The notes under the pieces were generated by a model that worked only from the letters and a program-made list of their open reading frames with translations, searched no databases and was not told the DNA's origin. Source: [Scytonema hofmanni] UTEX 2349 (lineage in GTDB: Bacteria; Cyanobacteriota; Cyanobacteriia; Cyanobacteriales; Nostocaceae). Taken from it: a DNA stretch of 30,671 nucleotides. Positions 15,111 to 22,407 of this stretch are shown piece after piece (position 1 is the first letter of the stretch; each line of letters starts with the position of its first letter). Position numbers and translations under genes: made by a program. The stretch spans positions 748,509 to 779,179 of the forward strand of contig NZ_KK073768.1 in the NCBI RefSeq assembly GCF_000582685.1. Reading direction: 5' to 3'.

Positions 15111-17087
15111 ATGAGTCTGTGCATTAACCCGTTTTGCCCCCAACCAGACCACTCGGATAATGCTAACAACCGCTTTTGTCAAAGTTGCGGTTCGCACCTA
15201 CTCCTGGAAAACCGCTATCGGGTGATGCGCTTGCTGAGTGATAACAGTGGGTTTGGCAAAATTTATGAGGCATACGAAAGCAGTACGCCAAAAATCCTGA
15301 AAGTTCTCAAAGAACACCTGAACAACCACGCCAAAGCAGTAGAACTTTTCCAACAAGAGGCGGCAGTATTGGCAAAGTTGGATCATCCGGGCATTCCCAA
15401 AGTGGATGGTTACTTTCAGTATCTCACCAATCACAATTTGCGGTTGCACTGTTTGGTGATGGAAAAAATCGATGGTGTGAATTTAGAACAATGGCTGCAA
15501 CAACACTCTAATAATCCCATTTCTGAGAAGCAAGCTTTAGCCTGGTTAAAGCAACTGGCGGAAATATTGCAGATAGTGCATAGCAAACAGTGGTTTCATC
15601 GCGATATTAAACCCGCAAATGTCATGCTGAGAAGCAATGGACAGTTGGTGTTAATTGACTTTGGCACCGCGAGGGATGCGACGTATACATATTTAGCAAA
15701 GCTGGGTGTGGGACACCAAATTACGGCGGTGGTTTCCGCAGGATACACCCCAGCAGAACAAATGAATTACCAAGCTGTACCGCAATCAGATTTTTTTGCT
15801 TTGGGACGCACCTTTGTACATTTGTTGACAGGAGAGCATCCCTTAAAGTTTTATGATGCTCATAATGATGTGTTTCACTGGCGACAAGCGGTGACAATTT
15901 CACCGTTGCTGGGCAATTTTATCGATCAATTAATGGCGCGAAAACCAGGCGATCGACCGTTAAATACTCAGGTATTGTTACAACGGCTAGGGGAAATTGA
16001 GCAAAAAACCTTTCAGCATTCAAAAAAGAAATTGCCGGTAGCAGTTCCTGTTGTAGCACTGCTGTTATTAGGGGGAGGATTTGGCTATTTAGCATCTAAA
16101 ATCGGTCAGTCTCCACTGTCCCCTATATCAACAACAAGTCCAACTGCGAAAATTCCAAATCCCTTAACAAATCTTTCTCTAGCCCAAACCCTTCCTTCGG
16201 AACCCTACACGAACACAGGGCATACCGACAAAATTTGTATTGGTGATTGCATCGCTATCAGCCGCGATAATTCCATTCTTGTCAGTGGCAGTTATGACAA
16301 AACAATCAAAATTTGGAACTTGCCGGATGGCACTCTTATCCGCACCCTGACTGATCATTCCGGCGGTGTTTCTTCTGTCGCCATCAGCCCGGATGGGCAA
16401 ACTTTAGTTAGTGGTAGTCGTGACAAGACTATCAAAATTTGGCAGATCGCAGATGGCACTCTTATCCGCACCTTGACTGGTCATTCCTCCAGTGTTTTTT
16501 CTGTCGCCATGAGCAAGGATGGGCAAACTTTAGTTAGTAGCAGTGCTGACAAGACTATCAAAATTTGGCAGATCGCAGACGGCACTCTTATCCGCACCCT
16601 GACTGGTGATTCCGACTATGTTAATTCTGTCGCTATTAGCCCGGATGGGCAAACTTTAGTTAGTGGCAGTGGTGACAAAACTATCAAAATTTGGCAGATC
16701 GCAGATGGCATTCTTATCCGCACCCTGACTGGTCATTCCAGGTCGGTTTCTTCTGTCGCCATTAGCCCGGATGGGCGGACTTTAGTTAGTGGTAGTAATG
16801 ACAAAACTATCAAAATTTGGAACTTGCCGGATGGCACTCTTATCCGCACCCTGACTGATCATTCCGGCGGTGTTTCTTCTGTCGCCATCAGCCCGGATGG
16901 GCAGACTTTAGTTAGTGGCAGTGGTGACAAAACTATCAAAATTTGGAACTTGGCGGATGGCACTCTTATCCGCACCCTGACTGGTCATTCCTCCAGTGTT
17001 TATTCTGTCGCCATTAGCCCGGATGGGCGAACTTTAGTTAGTGGCAGTGCTGACAAAACTATCAAAATTTGGCGGGCATCAAGTTGA
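15111..17087 (+). CDS. Ser/Thr protein kinase with N-terminal zinc ribbon, TM segment and C-terminal 7-bladed WD40 propeller
   Basis: Domains in order: zinc ribbon CINPFCPQPDH...CQSCGS (aa 4-27); kinase motifs KILKVLK, HRDIKPANV, DFGTA, GYTPAEQ; hydrophobic segment VAVPVVALLLLGGGFGYL; seven 42-aa WD40 units (GHSxxVxSVAISPDGQTLVSGSxDKTIKIW). Confidence 0.92.
   Translation: MSLCINPFCPQPDHSDNANNRFCQSCGSHLLLENRYRVMRLLSDNSGFGKIYEAYESSTPKILKVLKEHLNNHAKAVELFQQEAAVLAKLDHPGIPKVDGYFQYLTNHNLRLHCLVMEKIDGVNLEQWLQQHSNNPISEKQALAWLKQLAEILQIVHSKQWFHRDIKPANVMLRSNGQLVLIDFGTARDATYTYLAKLGVGHQITAVVSAGYTPAEQMNYQAVPQSDFFALGRTFVHLLTGEHPLKFYDAHNDVFHWRQAVTISPLLGNFIDQLMARKPGDRPLNTQVLLQRLGEIEQKTFQHSKKKLPVAVPVVALLLLGGGFGYLASKIGQSPLSPISTTSPTAKIPNPLTNLSLAQTLPSEPYTNTGHTDKICIGDCIAISRDNSILVSGSYDKTIKIWNLPDGTLIRTLTDHSGGVSSVAISPDGQTLVSGSRDKTIKIWQIADGTLIRTLTGHSSSVFSVAMSKDGQTLVSSSADKTIKIWQIADGTLIRTLTGDSDYVNSVAISPDGQTLVSGSGDKTIKIWQIADGILIRTLTGHSRSVSSVAISPDGRTLVSGSNDKTIKIWNLPDGTLIRTLTDHSGGVSSVAISPDGQTLVSGSGDKTIKIWNLADGTLIRTLTGHSSSVYSVAISPDGRTLVSGSADKTIKIWRASS
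16218..17084 (+). repeat. Seven 126-nt WD40-coding tandem repeats, including a perfect 95-nt duplicate (16305-16399 = 16809-16903)
   Basis: The 126-nt periodicity was read directly. The two perfect copies are exactly 504 nt (4 units) apart. Confidence 0.9.
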
Positions 17088-17290
17088 AGTTGACTGCGAT
17101 TTTGGGTTTGAGATTCGTCAGCGTTGGTGTTAATTGCTTTGACCCTGGATGCTGACACCCTAGAAGGGTACGGCGTTGTGCGTACACTCGTGTGCGATCG
17201 CTTTCCTTTAGAGATTTTTTAGCCCGCGTTAGTAGGCAAGCTTTGCCCGATGCCAAACAAGAGTGCGATCGCTTCAGTTTGAGGAGTTTA

Positions 17291-17362
17291 ATATCATGTC
17301 GGGTTAATTGCCTATACTGTAGAGACGTTCCACTGGAACGTCTCTACGACGGTTGCATCATG
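17291..17362. mobile_element. Partial MITE-like element (left TIR ATATCATGTC + core hairpin GTAGAGACGTTCCACTGGAACGTCTCTAC)
   Basis: It shares its TIR and core with 18419-18527 and 20789-20892. The core hairpin is at 17319-17347. It overlaps the last ~15 codons and the stop of the antitoxin-like ORF. Confidence 0.55.
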
Positions 17363-17587
17363 CTGAGGATAGAGAATGCTATCATGATCTCGACCGGAGA
17401 ACTGATCATTGCTTCCTTCTAAAGGCATAGAAGCGATTTTTGCCAAAATATCTTTAGCAGATTGGACTTTAGGTTTAGTCTCGCAGGAAATGACAATGAC
17501 TTCAACGCGAGTTCCCTCAGCTAATGGAATTGGTTGTGATAGCCTGAGTACTCCCTCTTCATAAACAGCTTCTATACTTATTGCCAT
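17312..17587 (-). CDS. DUF104 / AF2212-like antitoxin-domain protein (orphan)
   Basis: The N-terminus MAISIEAVYEEGVLRLSQPIPLAEGTRVEVIV matches the DUF104 pattern (AxYenGvlkPlepl.l.EG..v.v.i). SD-like GAGG lies upstream. The C-terminal tail (..VVETFQWNVSTV) is a translation of the dispersed hairpin repeat. Confidence 0.6.
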   Translation of the reverse strand: MAISIEAVYEEGVLRLSQPIPLAEGTRVEVIVISCETKPKVQSAKDILAKIASMPLEGSNDQFSGRDHDSILYPQHDATVVETFQWNVSTV

Positions 17588-17667
17588 CAGCTATTGCCTC
17601 ATAGACTAGCTATTTCTCATCATTATATAGTACCTTTTAGCTCAAGTTGTCAGCCTATAAGTAAGCC

Positions 17668-18411
17668 TCACTTGAGATGATCAATTAACCAATCCAACGC
17701 AGCTTCGACATTTGCAACGCGATCGCCCTCTGGAATTGCCGGACGCTGTACCATCACCACAGGGATATTCAACTCTCGTGCAGCAATAATCTTGGCGTAA
17801 GTCGCATCACCACCGCTATTCTTACTTACAACAGTGTCGATCGCGTGCTGAATCAATAATTGTCGTTCATCTGCTAGTGTGAAAGGTCCTCTATCATATA
17901 AAAGTAAACCTTTTGGCACTAAAGTATTCGGTTGTGGCGGGTCAATCATCCGCATGAGAAACCAGATATTTTCTATGTGGGCAAAAGCCGCAAGCTCCTG
18001 TCTGCCGATAGTGAGGAAAACTCGCTTAGAGCGATCGCCTAACTTTTGGGCAGCAGCTTCAATGTTTTTAACTTCTATCCAATTGTCCCCTATAACTGGC
18101 TCCCACATCGGGCGCACTAACATCAACAAAGGAATGTTTACCTCAGCCGCAGATACAGCCGCATTCAGCGATATTTGCGCCGCAAAGGGATGGGTCGCAT
18201 CAATTAGCAAATCAATTGCTTCATCACGCAGATATGCACTTAATCCGGCTACACCACCAAAGCCACCAATCCGTGTATTAAGAGCCACATCTTTTGGTTG
18301 ACGAGTGCGACCAGCCAGGGAAACTATCACCTCAATTCCTGAAAGATTTGCCGCTTTTGCCCCTAGTTCAGCCCCATCACCCGTTCCACCCAGAATTAAT
18401 ACCCGCTTCAT
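17668..18411 (-). CDS. cobK: Precorrin-6A / cobalt-precorrin-6A reductase
   Basis: Matching features are MKRVLILGGTGDG, ...LAGRT..P, ...RIGGFGG..GL..YL....ID.LIDATHPFA and the length of 247 aa. This is the typical CobK/CbiJ pattern. Confidence 0.85.
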   Translation of the reverse strand: MKRVLILGGTGDGAELGAKAANLSGIEVIVSLAGRTRQPKDVALNTRIGGFGGVAGLSAYLRDEAIDLLIDATHPFAAQISLNAAVSAAEVNIPLLMLVRPMWEPVIGDNWIEVKNIEAAAQKLGDRSKRVFLTIGRQELAAFAHIENIWFLMRMIDPPQPNTLVPKGLLLYDRGPFTLADERQLLIQHAIDTVVSKNSGGDATYAKIIAARELNIPVVMVQRPAIPEGDRVANVEAALDWLIDHLK

Positions 18412-18418
18412 ACTTTAC

Positions 18419-18527
18419 ATCATGTCCTTTGCTTATTAACAGCAATAAAAACACCCCAACCGTCGTAGAGACGTTCCACCGGAACGTCTCTACAATAGAA
18501 TATGTGTCCTAACTTGGAACATGATAT
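18419..18527. mobile_element. Complete MITE-like element, about 109 bp, inverted orientation, 8 nt upstream of the cobK start codon
   Basis: The ends are ATCATGTCC (18419-18427) and GGAACATGATAT (18516-18527). The core hairpin GTAGAGACGTTCCACCGGAACGTCTCTAC is at 18465-18493. The flank aacaccccaaccgtc is the reverse complement of gatggttgcggtgtt in the 20789 copy. Confidence 0.6.
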
Positions 18528-18563
18528 TACATAGAATGAATTTTTACCCAAAAACATAATAAT

Positions 18564-18591
18564 AGCGCCTGCCTAACTACAGGCAAGCGCT
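18564..18591 (-). terminator. Intrinsic terminator downstream of the GlsB/YeaQ/YmgE-family gene
   Basis: On the minus strand the hairpin is AGCGCTTGCCT-gtagtt-AGGCAGGCGCT, followed by AUUAUUAUGUUUUU. It lies 78 nt after the stop codon. Confidence 0.55.
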
Positions 18592-18668
18592 ACTGCTTTA
18601 ATTAAATTCAGGGATAAATATAATTAGCTTCCCCGAAGTATATTATTAATTACTCGCAATTGAACTTC

Positions 18669-18941
18669 TTACACAGCACTACTGCGGTTGATTAGATTCC
18701 ACAAGAAGACTGCGACGATTGCACCAAGAACTGCTACTAAAATACCGGGGATGCTGAAAGTAGGAGCCGCTAGAGCTAAAGTCCCTGTACTGAAGAATAC
18801 ACCCAAACTACCGCCAACAAAAGCACCGATGATTCCTAACAAAATGGTTCCTAAAATTCCGCCGCCTTGATGACCGGGGTAGATAGCCTTAGCAATGGCA
18901 CCAGCAATTAGACCTAAAACAATCCAAGCAAGAATATTCAT
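18669..18941 (-). CDS. GlsB/YeaQ/YmgE family stress-response membrane protein (transglycosylase-associated family)
   Basis: 90 aa with a glycine-zipper-rich TM pattern, MNILAWIVLGLIAGAIAKAI.PG...GGILGTILLGIIGAFVGG, characteristic of this family. Confidence 0.85.
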   Translation of the reverse strand: MNILAWIVLGLIAGAIAKAIYPGHQGGGILGTILLGIIGAFVGGSLGVFFSTGTLALAAPTFSIPGILVAVLGAIVAVFLWNLINRSSAV

Positions 18942-19102
18942 GTTCGGTTAATGAGAGTGAAGTTTTTTTCCAACAAATACAGAATAACAATTCAATCCCT
19001 CGCATCCAATCTACCAACAGAACTAATTGTTATTGTCTAAAGGTACAGTTTAATTGTTCTTATTTCTTTTGACATACGCCTCAATTGAAATAACTAAGAA
19101 GT

Positions 19103-19138
19103 TAAAAAAAAGCTCCTAGTCGGTCTAAAACTAGAAGC
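19103..19138 (-). terminator. Orphan intrinsic terminator (no annotated gene upstream on this strand)
   Basis: On the minus strand the stem is GCTTCTAGT-tttagaccg-ACTAGGAGC (9 bp with one G-U), followed by an uninterrupted T8 run. Confidence 0.5.
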
Positions 19139-19243
19139 TGACAAGATTATTGCTTGGTAATTATTGCAGTATATGCATTTCTAATTACTTCTTTCCTCTA
19201 CTGGAAGAGTTAGGCTTTGGTGAATATTAAGGTAGATAACCTT

Positions 19244-19271
19244 GTAGAGACGCCAAATGTCGCATCTCTAC
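19244..19271. repeat. Degenerate GTAGAGACG hairpin-family copy
   Basis: gtagagacgccaaatgtcgcatctctac, with one mismatch in the stem. Confidence 0.7.
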
Positions 19272-19542
19272 AATGTTTTTCACTTCTTGTGTCTGATGTC
19301 CGATCGCTCCCAAAATTATCGCACGTCACCTCAGGTGTGAAGCACACCAAACCTGAGTCAGAAAAAAACTCTCAGTCTTTATCTATTAACTACGGTTTAT
19401 CTATCAACTTACCGATATTTATCTGTTGCCTTTTCCAGGTTGGGTGTGACATACTGGAATTAACTACACTATTCCGACCGATTTACAGTATTTACATTAT
19501 TCAATGCACAAACGCACCCATGTAGTGAGGAATTAACATTCA

Positions 19543-20790
19543 ATGCAAGAAGATACACAAAAATTAAAAGTGACAACAGATTCAAAGGAAGCGATCGCCC
19601 TTATTAATCGCTTTATCGATGAAGCTTTGAGTTATGGTTCATATGCAGAAACTGTGATTTTGCAAGCAATTGCTGCCGATCCGACTTGTGCGATCGCTCA
19701 TGCTTATGTGGCTGCTTATTACCTTTCCCAGGAAAATCAAGTAGGTTGGCAGCAAGCGCAACCTTATGTGCAAGCTTCCCTGCAACATTTAGAGAAGATT
19801 ACAACCAGAGAAAAATTATATGTACAAGCGATCGCAGCTTGGGCAAATAAAGAGATAGATGTAGCGATCGCGCTGCACGAAGAGATTACTGATAACTTTC
19901 CTACTGATATGATATCCCTCCAGCAAGGACAATATCACTATTTTTATACAGGTGACAAAGATAAATTATTGAAAATTGCCGAAAAAGTCGTATCTGCAAA
20001 TAGAAATCATCATTATTTTTACGGAATGTTAGCGTTCGGTTTAGAACAGTGTCATCAATTAGTAGCAGCAGAAAAGATGGCTCGGATAGCAGTAAAATTA
20101 AATCGTCACGATCCTTGGGCGCATCATGCGATCGCACACGTCATGGAAACTCAGGGACGAGTTGAGGAAGGTATAGCTTGGATGGAGAACTTTGCAGATA
20201 CTTGGGAAAACTGCAACTCAATGCTGTATACTCACAATTGGTGGCACATTGCACTGTATTACTTAGAATTGGGTGACACAGATAAAGTTTTAGCGCTTTA
20301 CGATCATCATATATGGGGACGCGCTCAAAAAGAATCTCCAAAAGATGAAGTAGGAGCAATTTCCCTATTGTTGCGGTTAGAATTACGCGGGGTAGATGTA
20401 GGCGATCGCTGGCAAAATATAAGTGCTTATCTTTACCCTCGTATTAACGAACACGCTCTACCTTTCCAAGATTTGCATTATATCTATGCTTTAGCCAAAG
20501 CTGGACAAACTAACTGGGTAAATCAGATGTTACTGAGTATGCAACAACATGCTCTGACAGTGAATTTATTTTTGCGGCAAAGTTGGTTAGAGGTAGCAAT
20601 ACCCGCAGCTAGGGGAATGATCGCTCATGCTAAAAAAGATTTTAATACAGCTGTGATGGAACTTAAACCTTTAAAGGAGCGCTTGCACGAGATTGGGGGA
20701 AGTCATGCACAGCGGGTTTTATTTCAGCAGGTTTATCGAGATGCGCTCAACAATGTTGAGAAAAGTCAGATTTACCAGATTACAGCTTGA
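19543..20790 (+). CDS. TPR-like protein of the TTC38 (tetratricopeptide repeat protein 38) family
   Basis: 415 aa. The central block HDPWAHHAIAHVMETQGRVEEGIAWME......W..CNSMLYTHNWWHIALYYLELGD matches my recollection of the TTC38 family. GAGGAA lies 12 nt upstream of the ATG. Confidence 0.6.
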   Translation: MQEDTQKLKVTTDSKEAIALINRFIDEALSYGSYAETVILQAIAADPTCAIAHAYVAAYYLSQENQVGWQQAQPYVQASLQHLEKITTREKLYVQAIAAWANKEIDVAIALHEEITDNFPTDMISLQQGQYHYFYTGDKDKLLKIAEKVVSANRNHHYFYGMLAFGLEQCHQLVAAEKMARIAVKLNRHDPWAHHAIAHVMETQGRVEEGIAWMENFADTWENCNSMLYTHNWWHIALYYLELGDTDKVLALYDHHIWGRAQKESPKDEVGAISLLLRLELRGVDVGDRWQNISAYLYPRINEHALPFQDLHYIYALAKAGQTNWVNQMLLSMQQHALTVNLFLRQSWLEVAIPAARGMIAHAKKDFNTAVMELKPLKERLHEIGGSHAQRVLFQQVYRDALNNVEKSQIYQITA

Positions 20791-20892
20791 TATCATGTCC
20801 GGTTTATTACATCTGATGTAGAGACGTTCCGGTGGAACGTCTCTACGATGGTTGCGGTGTTTTTATGAATGTCAATTAAACGGACATGATAT
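20789..20892. mobile_element. Complete MITE-like element, about 104 bp, abutting and overlapping the stop codon of the TTC38-like gene
   Basis: The TIRs are GATATCATGTCCGGTTTA (20789-20806) and AAACGGACATGATAT (20878-20892). The core hairpin GTAGAGACGTTCCGGTGGAACGTCTCTAC is at 20818-20846. Confidence 0.65.
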
Positions 20893-20920
20893 GATTATTA
20901 TTTTTAAATTTCAGCATTTT

Positions 20921-21009
20921 GTAGAGACGTTTCGGTGGAACGTCTCTACGACGGTTCCAGTGGAACGTCTCTACGAGGGTTTCGGATGAGGACTTTAGTC
21001 CTCACTACG
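20921..21009. repeat. Cluster of core hairpin repeats without TIRs
   Basis: GTAGAGACGTTTCGGTGGAACGTCTCTAC is at 20921-20949. An extra right half ccagtggaacgtctctac runs to 20974. TGAGGACTTTAGTCCTCA(CTAC) is at 20987-21009. Confidence 0.75.
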
Positions 21010-21029
21010 TTATTTTAAATTTCCGATTC

Positions 21030-21830
21030 CTATCTCCTGGCTTTTATTTGATATTTGTTAAGCGACAATAGCACGCTCAAATCTTTTAATTCCACCGTTG
21101 CAAAACGCTTCACTCTGAATCGTTTCATTGCTTTTTGCAGTTCTGTATCTGGTTGAAGTAAGCTGTAACGTATCTGTTGAATCAACGATTTATTCAAACG
21201 CTGCGCTACTACTAAGGGTGGCATAGGAGATGGTCCCAACGCCTCCACTACACGCAATTGTTCAGACAATTCGGGAAAATCACGTAATTCTTGTTCTAAA
21301 ACTACACTATCAATTACCGCACAATCTGCTTTGCCATCAACTACCCAGCGAATAGAACGTTGATGCGAACCTGATTGTATTTCTTTGTTAAAAAAACCTT
21401 GGTGATATCCGTCTTGAATTAAGCGTTGTTGCAGCAAATTATAGCCACTATTAGAACCCTTGTCATTGTAGCAAAAAGTTTTCCGAGCCAAATCTGCAAA
21501 TACTTTAAGATCGCTCTTCGCATTGACGATCGCATCTCCAAAGTAAATCGCTTGATTATTATAGCGCGATCCAACCATTACAGGTGCTACCAATGTCTGC
21601 AATTGGTCTGAAACCACCTGACAATATCGAATTAGGGGTAATCCACAAATGAATGCTAAATCAAGTTTGTCTTGTAATAATAACGGATCTTCCAGGGGGT
21701 CGCATTCACCTTGATGTAGCTGTGTTTCTAATTGCAATACACGACCGAGATAAGCTGTAATAGCTGCGTAGAAATCAAAGCAATTCGGAGCTAAATAGGA
21801 TATAACACGCAGCTTTGAAGGTATGGTCAT
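21030..21830 (-). CDS. PhnD-like (phosphate/phosphonate-type) substrate-binding domain protein, no obvious signal peptide
   Basis: 266 aa. The pattern (y.ap....fy..i..yL.........CDP..LQDKLDLAFICGLP ... YNDKGSNSGYNLL) resembles the periplasmic Phosphonate-bd family. The N-terminus MTIPSKLRVISYLAPN lacks a hydrophobic leader. Confidence 0.5.
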   Translation of the reverse strand: MTIPSKLRVISYLAPNCFDFYAAITAYLGRVLQLETQLHQGECDPLEDPLLLQDKLDLAFICGLPLIRYCQVVSDQLQTLVAPVMVGSRYNNQAIYFGDAIVNAKSDLKVFADLARKTFCYNDKGSNSGYNLLQQRLIQDGYHQGFFNKEIQSGSHQRSIRWVVDGKADCAVIDSVVLEQELRDFPELSEQLRVVEALGPSPMPPLVVAQRLNKSLIQQIRYSLLQPDTELQKAMKRFRVKRFATVELKDLSVLLSLNKYQIKARR

Positions 21831-21966
21831 TTAAGTAATCGTATTTTTCTAACTTTGGCTTGTGATGCTGCCATGAAACAAAAAACCTAAATATAAACAC
21901 TTAGGCTTAGGGTAAATACTAACAACCAAAGGGCAGTCAATATCAACATTTTTCCTTCTGCTTTGA

Positions 21967-22242
21967 TCATTTTTTATTCTGCCTTCCACTTAGCAACGTG
22001 CGCCCAGACGAATGAATATAGAGAAAGCCTAAACTGGCAAAAGTTAACAGCATAATGCTTAAAACCGTTGCATATGCTTTAGTGTGCCACCACAGCCGAT
22101 GTATTGCTGCTGTACTAGATTGTAAAAATTTCCACTGTTGATCGGGATCTATGCGCTCTTGAGGACGAGTCTTGATATCTTGAGCGTTCGCAAAGCAACC
22201 CTGTTCTAGCTTGGCGTTCTTCAAGGGTAAGAGTGTCGCCAT
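21967..22242 (-). CDS. Hypothetical small membrane-anchored protein (91 aa from ATG 22242)
   Basis: A strong SD (AAAGGAG) lies 7 nt upstream of the ATG at 22242, so the TTG at 22260 in the ORF track is unlikely to be the start. One C-terminal TM helix (YATVLSIMLLTFASLGFLYI). No family recognised. Confidence 0.4.
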   Translation of the reverse strand: MATLLPLKNAKLEQGCFANAQDIKTRPQERIDPDQQWKFLQSSTAAIHRLWWHTKAYATVLSIMLLTFASLGFLYIHSSGRTLLSGRQNKK

Positions 22243-22407
22243 TTTTACCGCTCCTTTCAATTTGATATTAAAGCCTGTAAATCGATAGACTTACCGTAGA
22301 TTATATATCAGATTAGCCATCCCTGTCAAAAGGGATTTTGACAAAAGCGAAAATGCACCACGCGCACATCTTGACAAAAAAGCCTTGTAATGTAAGTAAA
22401 GTATTAT

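Noticed and set aside
17062-17256. 64-aa minus-strand ORF as the missing toxin partner of the DUF104 antitoxin
   Set aside because: It has no PIN or other toxin motifs (no acidic D..E..D pattern). It overlaps the 3' end of the WD40 kinase gene and is separated from the antitoxin stop by repeat sequence.
17192-18512. ORFs 17192-17422 (+), 17879-18301 (+) and 18294-18512 (+)
   Set aside because: The first and third are read-throughs of MITE copies (the same ..VVETF.RNVST.. peptide arises wherever the repeat is translated). The second is antisense inside cobK.
18412-18668. Cobalamin riboswitch upstream of cobK, and similarly upstream of the CobO-like gene at 26745-26800
   Set aside because: The cobK upstream region is occupied by the MITE. 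The CobO-like upstream region holds the heptamer array. I could not recognise a B12-box-like core by eye. An Rfam/Infernal scan would be needed to exclude it formally.
19217-19525. 102-aa + strand ORF upstream of the TTC38-like gene
   Set aside because: It has a non-ATG start, no RBS, includes a hairpin-family repeat and has odd composition. It is most likely intergenic.
9474-21009. GTAGAGACG...CGTCTCTAC palindromes considered as CRISPR repeats
   Set aside because: Copies are separated by irregular distances from tens of bp to kilobases, occur in both orientations and sit at gene boundaries. No cas genes are present. The pattern fits dispersed hairpin/MITE repeats, not an array.
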